Below are positions 57,662 to 64,000 of a DNA stretch of 64,000 bases, in pieces. The notes below the pieces were generated by a model. That model was not told the origin of the DNA and made no database searches. It was given only the letters and a program-made list of their open reading frames with translations. The stretch comes from Acidobacteriota bacterium (GTDB lineage Bacteria > Acidobacteriota > Terriglobia > Bryobacterales > Bryobacteraceae). Where the stretch lies: contig JANXXI010000368.1 of assembly GCA_025350695.1 (NCBI GenBank), forward strand, positions 73-64,072, in the 5' to 3' direction. The first letter of the stretch is position 1. Each line of letters starts with the position of its first letter. Both the position numbers and the translations under genes were made by a program.

Positions 57662-58876
57662 ATGCGCGAACGCGGCTTTTGCCTCTTAACTTTCGTTTCG
57701 GCTTTTTTTCTGGGCGCCTGCCAGAGCGCTCCGGAGCGTGTGCCTGCGATCTCGGAAGCCTTTGTAGGTCCAATGAAACTGGAACTCCGTCAGGATCTGG
57801 GACCGAAATCGCCGGTGGTGGGTACAGCCTCGCATGGCGAAAAGGTTGAGATCATCCAGATCAGACGCCGATTTACCCGCATTCGAACCAAAGCCGGGAT
57901 CGAAGGTTGGACCGACCAGGAGCGTTTGTTATCGGCCGAGCAAGTGGAGGCTTTGGGCGTATTGCAACAATACGCCGCCGCAGTTCCCAGTCAAGGCGCG
58001 GCCACCGTCAACGAGTCGCTGAACATGCATACCGTTCCCAATCGCTACTCGCCGAGCTTCGGTCTGATTGAGCCGGGCGACGTGGTTCAAGTCCTGCAGC
58101 GCAAGGTTGTGGAGCGAGTAGCTTACAAACTGCCGCAACCGGAGAAAAAAACTGCGGCAGCGCCTCCGCGAAAGAGAAGAAAGAAGGGCGAAAAGGCCGA
58201 GCCGGCGCCAATCGTCTCTGAGTTGAAGGCTCCTGAACCGCCTGGTCCTCCACCAAACTGGCAAGAACTTTCCTTTGATTATCATTCAAAGCAAGCGCTT
58301 AAGATCGGATCGGCCACCAAAGATACACCCAAGGATTCCTGGACATTGGTGCGAGCAAAGGACGGCAAGGCAGGGTGGGTCATGTTCCGGCTACTCTACA
58401 TGCAGATTCCCGATGAAGTGGCCCTGTACGCCCGCGGCAGCCGCATTACCGGTTATTTCCCCATGGGCCTATCCTCCGGTGCGCCGCCTTCTAAGCAGAA
58501 CTGGCTGTGGACCACCCTTCTGGACACAACACAGCCCGTCGACTTCGATTCGATTCGAGTCTTCGTATATAACGTGAACAAAGATCGCTATGAATCGGTT
58601 TTGTGGGAACGTGGGCTTCGCGGACATTTTCCCACTGCGGCGGAACCGCCAAAATTCTCATACATTGTTGAGGAAACTCCCACCCGTTGGGTTCGCAAGA
58701 CCCATCAACTGCAAGGCCGGCGAACCAGAGTAGTTGGGAAAGAACCGGTTGAAATTCCGTTGAACTTGCACCTTGACGATATTGCCCGAAATCCGGCTAA
58801 GTTGAAAGAAGTGGAAGATGAAGTTCACGGCGCCTGGTGGGCGAAAGTGCGGCGCTTGTTTGTTCGCGGCCCTTAG
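57662..58876 (+). CDS. Lipoprotein with SH3b-like domains and a Lys/Pro-rich linker
   Basis: Lipobox FFLGAC. SH3b-like segments are present (GEKVEIIQIRRRFTRIRTKAGIEGW; WTLVRAKDGKAGWV). The linker reads PPRKRRKKGEKAEPAP...PEPPGPPP. Confidence 0.55.
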   Translation: MRERGFCLLTFVSAFFLGACQSAPERVPAISEAFVGPMKLELRQDLGPKSPVVGTASHGEKVEIIQIRRRFTRIRTKAGIEGWTDQERLLSAEQVEALGVLQQYAAAVPSQGAATVNESLNMHTVPNRYSPSFGLIEPGDVVQVLQRKVVERVAYKLPQPEKKTAAAPPRKRRKKGEKAEPAPIVSELKAPEPPGPPPNWQELSFDYHSKQALKIGSATKDTPKDSWTLVRAKDGKAGWVMFRLLYMQIPDEVALYARGSRITGYFPMGLSSGAPPSKQNWLWTTLLDTTQPVDFDSIRVFVYNVNKDRYESVLWERGLRGHFPTAAEPPKFSYIVEETPTRWVRKTHQLQGRRTRVVGKEPVEIPLNLHLDDIARNPAKLKEVEDEVHGAWWAKVRRLFVRGP

Positions 58877-58909
58877 TTTGCGCTCTTGCGCTTGTCTCTT
58901 AGTTCGCTG

Positions 58910-59092
58910 TTATCCGTGACCCAGCTTCATCAACCAAGCCAAGCCAAAGATTGTGGCAATGAAGCGGCCAAAGCATGACAAACCATACGTCATTCGTTCC
59001 TTGTCTGTTTTCTTTGTTACTATTCCCAGGACAACGGAAATGAACAATGCGAAGATAAGCGTGGCTTCAAAATGGGTCAAGGAAAGTTTCAT
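58910..59092 (-). CDS. Small two-TM membrane protein (hypothetical)
   Basis: 60 aa with two hydrophobic helices. It lies 2 nt downstream of the preceding gene. No motif recognised. Confidence 0.4.
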   Translation of the reverse strand: MKLSLTHFEATLIFALFISVVLGIVTKKTDKERMTYGLSCFGRFIATIFGLAWLMKLGHG

Positions 59093-59094
59093 GG

Positions 59095-59514
59095 CTAGCT
59101 CTTCTTCCTGGTAGCGATCTCAAATACATCCACCATCGCCAGTACATTCATCAACCCTGCCCCAACCAGAAACTTTGTGCCGTAATCGTGAACGTGGCCT
59201 GCCACATCCTGCTGCGTGTAGCCCATCCACACGGCAAGAAAATAAAGCACTCCGGAGCACATGTCGGCGATGTAGCCGCCCCAATATATCAGCGTAGTTA
59301 ACAAATCGCCCGTTTGCGGTTCAAAAAAAGCCCCGCGCATCATCAAACCAAGAACGAAAGTTAGTGTGATCGTTCCAAGCAACAGGGCGCCACGGTAATG
59401 CTGTTTCAGCAGAAAGTGGCCGCCACCGGGGATGATCCAAGAGAGGGCTACGGCGGGCAACCAGCCGGTGACTGGAACTGGAGGTTCGTTGGAAATGTTA
59501 AAAGTTTCGGCCAT
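59095..59514 (-). CDS. Hypothetical integral membrane protein
   Basis: 139 aa with about 4 TM segments (IIPGGGHFLLKQHYRGALLLG...). No enzymatic motif recognised. Confidence 0.55.
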   Translation of the reverse strand: MAETFNISNEPPVPVTGWLPAVALSWIIPGGGHFLLKQHYRGALLLGTITLTFVLGLMMRGAFFEPQTGDLLTTLIYWGGYIADMCSGVLYFLAVWMGYTQQDVAGHVHDYGTKFLVGAGLMNVLAMVDVFEIATRKKS

Positions 59515-59659
59515 GGGCTTCTACCTTCATTGTAACCCAGGCGTCGGTAGATGTCGCTCGTCAACGGGTGTGCATAAAAATGGATAGATTGGTAGAAGCT
59601 GAAGATTGAGCTGGAATCCGGAGAAGGTGACAGAATTCAAACTATAGGTTCTTCTTGTT

Positions 59660-59769
59660 CTATCAGCGTTTATCGGCGTTCATCCGCGGCCCATAATTTG
59701 ATCCTAAGTTCACGTAAACTCCACTAATCAGGATAGTAGCCGCGGATGAACGCAAATAAACGCCGATAG
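59660..59769. repeat. Imperfect inverted repeat: 31-nt arms (28/31 complementary) separated by 48 nt
   Basis: The left arm ctatcagcgtttatcggcgttcatccgcggc (59660-59690) pairs with the right arm 59739-59769 (gccgcggatgaacgcaaataaacgccgatag). Each arm has an internal ~10-nt periodicity (tatcagcgtt / tatcggcgtt / catccgcggc). Confidence 0.85.
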
Positions 59770-59816
59770 GAAACAGCACAATTTCAATTATCTTCGTTCA
59801 CTCCTTCTTTCATCGT

Positions 59817-60701
59817 CTACACCTTCGTTGGTGCGCTGCTGTTAAAGAAAAGCTGCTTCAAAATTCCGGCCCGCGGTGCGCCGCTTACTTTGCGCTTCCA
59901 GCCGTGTTCAATCAAGTTTGCGATCAAGGGTATTGGCGTGTCCACCCGCCTGTCTTCAATTGAAATCTTACGTTTCCCGAAAGTCAATTCAACACTACTC
60001 CAAAAGACGCCCTTTTCAACTTCAGCGCCGACGAACGTTTCAACCGGGAACCAGCGGTCTGTGAAAAACCCCTTTACGCGAAGCCCGTCGGAATGGAAAT
60101 AGTAGCGTCGAAGAATCAGTTCGTCGAGAAATATCACCGTGGAAGCCACGCTCAGTAACAGTAACGGCACGCCCACCCAGCTCAATCCCGATCGGAAGAG
60201 TTGAATGGACATATAACTGGTGATCAACGCGAAAAGAATGCCGGAAAGAATCAAAGGCCGCTGAACTTTCACTGTGATCGGCCAAGTATTTTCGTGTTCG
60301 ACGCGCACGATCGCATATACGCGGTCGCAAATCTTTTGAAATCCCTGTAGCGTCCTGGGAATTCGCACCTCTCCTTGATCGGTGCCAATTACCAGATCGA
60401 AGGGGAATCGGCTGTAGTGAGCCTGACGAATGGTGGACAGTAAGAGCGTGGAATTGGTGGTCTTCCAAGGGTATTTCAGGACCAACGATTCCTCGGACAA
60501 TTCCACCGAGCAGAAAGTGAGTTGAAACCGCCGGAATGCAAAGAAAACAAAAAAAGCGGAATACAAACAAAAAATCACCCGCATCGTTACCCACGGAATA
60601 TTCATGGAACTAGCCGCTGTCACAACGGAAGTTGAAAAAAACAGAAACGCGGCCAACTTCGTAGTCGTCGTTTGCTGAAAGGTGAGCGAGGCTTGGTCCA
60701 T
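59817..60701 (-). CDS. Hypothetical membrane protein (two modules, each 2 TM + ~80-aa soluble segment)
   Basis: 294 aa with four hydrophobic helices in two pairs. No catalytic motif recognised. Confidence 0.55.
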   Translation of the reverse strand: MDQASLTFQQTTTTKLAAFLFFSTSVVTAASSMNIPWVTMRVIFCLYSAFFVFFAFRRFQLTFCSVELSEESLVLKYPWKTTNSTLLLSTIRQAHYSRFPFDLVIGTDQGEVRIPRTLQGFQKICDRVYAIVRVEHENTWPITVKVQRPLILSGILFALITSYMSIQLFRSGLSWVGVPLLLLSVASTVIFLDELILRRYYFHSDGLRVKGFFTDRWFPVETFVGAEVEKGVFWSSVELTFGKRKISIEDRRVDTPIPLIANLIEHGWKRKVSGAPRAGILKQLFFNSSAPTKV

Positions 60702-60824
60702 ATTTTGAAGTTTGAGCCAAAATCGATGACAGATCAGCCAGCAGAAGACCTTAGGGTTACCATTAAAGTAACCGAAAGTTCCGTAAACTCCTTCGGTAGT
60801 CGATAGTACTCCCGCGCCGCAATC

Positions 60825-61448
60825 CTATTGAGCCCATTGGATCAAGAAAGCGAAGAGAACCAACCAGCTGACTACGACGAAGTTCCAATACCACGCCGAA
60901 ATTTGCGCCCGCAGGCGCTCCTTACGCAATGGCTGTTCTCCACTGGCAGTCAGGTTACCTAGGCCCTGTAGCAAATAGATTAGCGCTCCGATTCCCGCAA
61001 TCAGGTGCAGCCCATGGATCCCTGTGAAAGTGTAGAACGCCGAACCCCTCGGGTTGCCTTGCGTGTAAATCCCCTGCTGGAGTAAATGCCATGCTCCCAT
61101 GGCTTGGCTCGCAACAAAAGCTAGCCCCAAAGCTGTCGTCGCGTATAACAAACGACGGTAACTCCGCACTCTCGCCCTTCGTAATTGATAGCGGCCCGCT
61201 ATCATAGTGCCGCCGCTGGCCAACAACAACACGGTGCTGATCCATAAAGCCTTTGGTATGAGGATCGCTTTTTCTGTCTCGGCTCCATGTAAGGTAATGG
61301 CGAACGCCAGGATCAAAGCCGCGAAGAACATCACCAGACTGGCAATCCATCCAATCATTCCCATTTGCGCTGAATTTGGCCACCAACGGTTCGAGACTGC
61401 CGATGATTCGGATCGTTCGGGTAATGCCGGAATGTAAGGTTCGTTCAT
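60825..61448 (-). CDS. Heme-copper oxidase subunit III family protein
   Basis: Five TM segments. Contains AFYTFTGIHGLHLIAG and WYWNFVVVSWLVLF, which correspond to the COX3/CyoC motifs TGxHGxHVxxG and YWHFVDxVW. Confidence 0.8.
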   Translation of the reverse strand: MNEPYIPALPERSESSAVSNRWWPNSAQMGMIGWIASLVMFFAALILAFAITLHGAETEKAILIPKALWISTVLLLASGGTMIAGRYQLRRARVRSYRRLLYATTALGLAFVASQAMGAWHLLQQGIYTQGNPRGSAFYTFTGIHGLHLIAGIGALIYLLQGLGNLTASGEQPLRKERLRAQISAWYWNFVVVSWLVLFAFLIQWAQ

Positions 61449-61703
61449 TTAATACTGGAATAAACTGGTTTGACGATCATCACTCGGATCGGCTATTTGG
61501 GTTTTCGGTTTAGGCTTGCTATCGCGCATCGGGCCAAAGCTCTTCAACAATCCAAGGGTTTTCTTATGGCTCAGGTATATTTCGAGCAGTTGCAAACAGC
61601 GGCTGCAACCACCAACCAATCCCCCTTCGCCATCTTCTTCCGGATTGTACCGGGGGTGCTTAGTGCATCTCCCCTTCCATCGGATGGATCCGATTTTCAA
61701 CAT
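61449..61703 (-). CDS. Small Cys/His-containing hypothetical protein
   Basis: 84 aa. Its stop codon abuts the start of the cox-III-like gene with 0-nt spacing. Contains C-x2-H (CTKHP) and CxxC (CSRC). No family recognised. Confidence 0.4.
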   Translation of the reverse strand: MLKIGSIRWKGRCTKHPRYNPEEDGEGGLVGGCSRCLQLLEIYLSHKKTLGLLKSFGPMRDSKPKPKTQIADPSDDRQTSLFQY

Positions 61704-61980
61704 GACTGTCTAAATATCTTACTCCGTAAGATGCGTTTGCCGCCGAACAGGTCCAAAAGACGCGCCACATTTTACCGGAGACCTGACTGGAGAATTCAAG
61801 GACATGCCGCACATAGTTTGGGAACTGGGCACGAAAAGAGTACAATGAATTCGAATGCCAATACCTCCGCTCCACCACTTCCCGGCGTGTGAGCTTTTAG
61901 CCCCCCCGAAATTGATGGTTGCGGAGCCATAACCAAAGCGCTAGAATCTAAGCCTTTAAGAGATTTCGCACGGAGAATTC

Positions 61981-62220
61981 ATGTCTACTTCCATAGAAGA
62001 AAAAGTTAAGCAGATTATCGTTGAGCAGTTGGGTGTGGATGAAGCCCAAGTGGATGAATCCGCCTCGTTTGTTGACGACCTGGGCGCGGATTCGCTCGAC
62101 ATCGTAGAACTGGTCATGGCTTTTGAAGAAGCCTTTGATATTGACATCCCGGATGAAGATGCGGAAAAGATCGCCACTGTGAAAGATGCCATTGATTACA
62201 TCAAAGGCAAAAAGAAATAG
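61981..62220 (+). CDS. acpP: Acyl carrier protein
   Basis: [18 protein letters not shown] carries the phosphopantetheine-Ser motif DSL. Length is 79 aa. Confidence 0.95.
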   Translation: MSTSIEEKVKQIIVEQLGVDEAQVDESASFVDDLGADSLDIVELVMAFEEAFDIDIPDEDAEKIATVKDAIDYIKGKKK

Positions 62221-62256
62221 TGCTTCCTGTCACACACCCATTGAATCCAAAATTGT

Positions 62257-63498
62257 ATGCAGCGTAGAGTCGTCGTAACAGGCGTGGGTTTGATTTCCGC
62301 CCTGGGAAACGGAACTGAAGAAACTTGGGAAGGTTTGAAGAATGGTCTATCGGGCATTGGCCCGATTACCGCCTTCGACACAACCGAGCATGCTTGCAAG
62401 ATTGCCGGCGAAGTCAAAGAGTTTGACCCTGCCCAGTTCATCGAAAAAAAAGAGATCAAGAAGATGGCGCGGTTCATGCATTTTGCCGTCGCCGCCTCAG
62501 ATTTCGCGATGAACATGGCCGGGTTGAAGGTGACGCCGGAAATCGCCGATTCCGTTGGAGTCTTTATCGGCTCGGGCATCGGTGGATTCGAGATCATCGA
62601 ACGCGAGCATGCAAAACTTCTTGCCGGAGGTCCAAGCAAGGTTTCGCCTTTCTTCATCCCTGCCAGCATAATCAACTTGGCCTCCGGCTACGTGTCTATT
62701 AGAACCGGAGCCAAAGGTCCGAATTCAGCCACTGCCACAGCTTGCACTACCGGCGCGCACGCTGTCGGCGATTCGTTCAAAATTATTGAGCGTGGGGCGG
62801 CCGACGCAATGATTTGCGGCGGCGCTGAAGCCACGGTGACTCCTCTTGGGGTAGCCGGCTTTGCTGCCATGCGCGCGCTTTCCACGCGTAATGATGAGCC
62901 GCGGCGCGCCTCACGGCCTTGGGATCGGGATCGAGACGGTTTCGTAATTGGCGAAGGGGCTGGCGTACTGCTGCTAGAGGAATTAGAGTTCGCGAAGAAG
63001 CGTGGCGCGAAAATACTGGCTGAAATCGTAGGCTATGGAATGGGCGGCGACGCCTATCACATCACTACTCCTTCCGAAGATGGCGATGGCGCCTACCGCG
63101 TTATGAAAGCGGCTCTCAAGGACGCCCGGCTGGATCCCACGGCAATTCAGTACATCAATGCTCACGGCACCAGCACCGATGTTGGTGATCGTATTGAAAC
63201 ACTTGCTATCAAGCGCACCTTCGGCGAACATGCTTATAAATTGGCAGTTAGTTCCACCAAATCCATGACCGGCCATTTGCTCGGTGGCGCCGGTGGGCTT
63301 GAGGCGGGTATCACGGTCTTAGCCATTCGCGACCAGATTGCTCCACCCACTACTAATCTTGAAAACCCCTCCGAGGGTTGCGATCTCGATTACGTTCCGA
63401 ACGTCGCCCGGCCAATGAAGATCGATCATGCCCTTTCCAATTCCTTTGGTTTCGGCGGCACCAATGGAAGTTTAATTTTCAAACGCTACACTGAATAA
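62257..63498 (+). CDS. fabF: 3-oxoacyl-ACP synthase II
   Basis: Active-site Cys context ATACTTGAH, His residues (NAHGTST, TGHLLG) and the C-terminal SNSFGFGGTNGSLIF. Confidence 0.95.
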   Translation: MQRRVVVTGVGLISALGNGTEETWEGLKNGLSGIGPITAFDTTEHACKIAGEVKEFDPAQFIEKKEIKKMARFMHFAVAASDFAMNMAGLKVTPEIADSVGVFIGSGIGGFEIIEREHAKLLAGGPSKVSPFFIPASIINLASGYVSIRTGAKGPNSATATACTTGAHAVGDSFKIIERGAADAMICGGAEATVTPLGVAGFAAMRALSTRNDEPRRASRPWDRDRDGFVIGEGAGVLLLEELEFAKKRGAKILAEIVGYGMGGDAYHITTPSEDGDGAYRVMKAALKDARLDPTAIQYINAHGTSTDVGDRIETLAIKRTFGEHAYKLAVSSTKSMTGHLLGGAGGLEAGITVLAIRDQIAPPTTNLENPSEGCDLDYVPNVARPMKIDHALSNSFGFGGTNGSLIFKRYTE

Positions 63499-63516
63499 AA
63501 GAAGGCACAGTTCTCA

Positions 63517-64000
63517 ATGAAGATTCTTGCGGCCATCAAACAAGTACCCTCGCGTGACTCCTCTCTTCGAGTCAACTCCTCCGGCCAGTGGATAGAGGAT
63601 GCCGATCTCACTTACGAGATCAACGAACCCGACGCTTACGCCCTTGAAGAAGCTCTTCAATTGAAAGAAAAGCACGGTGGCGAAGTTGTAGCCATCTGCG
63701 CAGGCCCGGCGCGCGCGGCCCAAACAATTCGTGAAGCTCTGGCAAAAGGCGCCGATCGAGCCATCCACATAGAAGCAGACGACGTCGATTCGCTCGATAC
63801 GCTGGCCCTATCCAAACTGCTTGCCGCGGCCGCGAAGGCCGAAAATCCTGATCTGGTTCTTACGGGCCTCCAGTCGGACGATTTAGGTTCTGGGCAGACA
63901 GGCGTCGTGATGGCTGAGCTGCTAGGCATGCCTCATGGCACTATCATCATGGCCGTTGAAAAACAAGACGGAAGCATTCGAGTAAAACGAGAGCTGGAAG
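63517..64000 (+). CDS. etfB: Electron transfer flavoprotein beta subunit, partial; runs off the window
   Basis: My translation from ATG 63517 reads MKILAAIKQVPSRDSSLRVNSSGQWIEDADLTYEINEPDAYALEEALQLKEKHGGEVVAICAGPARAAQTIREALAKGADRAIHIE..., a typical EtfB N-terminus. No stop occurs before the window ends. Confidence 0.85.
   Translation, partial: MKILAAIKQVPSRDSSLRVNSSGQWIEDADLTYEINEPDAYALEEALQLKEKHGGEVVAICAGPARAAQTIREALAKGADRAIHIEADDVDSLDTLALSKLLAAAAKAENPDLVLTGLQSDDLGSGQTGVVMAELLGMPHGTIIMAVEKQDGSIRVKRELE

Overview
This is a dense 64-kb chromosomal segment, about 90% coding, with roughly 60 protein genes. I found no rRNA, tRNA, CRISPR array, transposase or integrase. The gene content points to an Acidobacteriota genome of the Solibacter/Bryobacter type. 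Supporting this are two large secreted proteins sharing a ~190-aa C-terminal module that ends in IAVQ (TIGR03437-like), an acidobacterial-type VWA protein, a PEP-CTERM protein, and several TAT-signal sulfatases and DUF1080 proteins. The housekeeping backbone is ispG, cysE, dprA-topA, pyrF, eno-gpmI, coaD, an aspartate aminotransferase, manA, acpP-fabF and the start of etfB.

Notable content:
- selD is only complete if an in-frame UGA is read as selenocysteine, and a SECIS-like hairpin follows that codon. The ORF track truncates this gene.
- There is a complete 8-gene chemotaxis cluster, cheW-mcp-cheA-cheR-cheD-cheY-cheX-cheB. Its receptor has no sensor domain, its CheA has an N-terminal extension and lacks P2, and a sigma-28-like promoter lies upstream.
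- fliM, nuoA and a cox-III-like gene each sit alone, away from their usual partner genes.
- A partial GAF histidine kinase at the left edge has Thr where the phospho-accepting His should be.
- Three sulfatases are present, one of them in a DUF1080 / Gfo-Idh-MocA locus.
- A 15-bp x4 tandem repeat lies in front of the PEP-CTERM gene.
- A 31-nt-arm inverted repeat, several strong intergenic hairpins and a transglutaminase-like gene remnant sit in otherwise non-coding stretches, the remnant within an ~800-bp one.

I see no clear defence island or mobile element. All functional calls come from reading motifs in the supplied translations or in my own translations, not from database searches.
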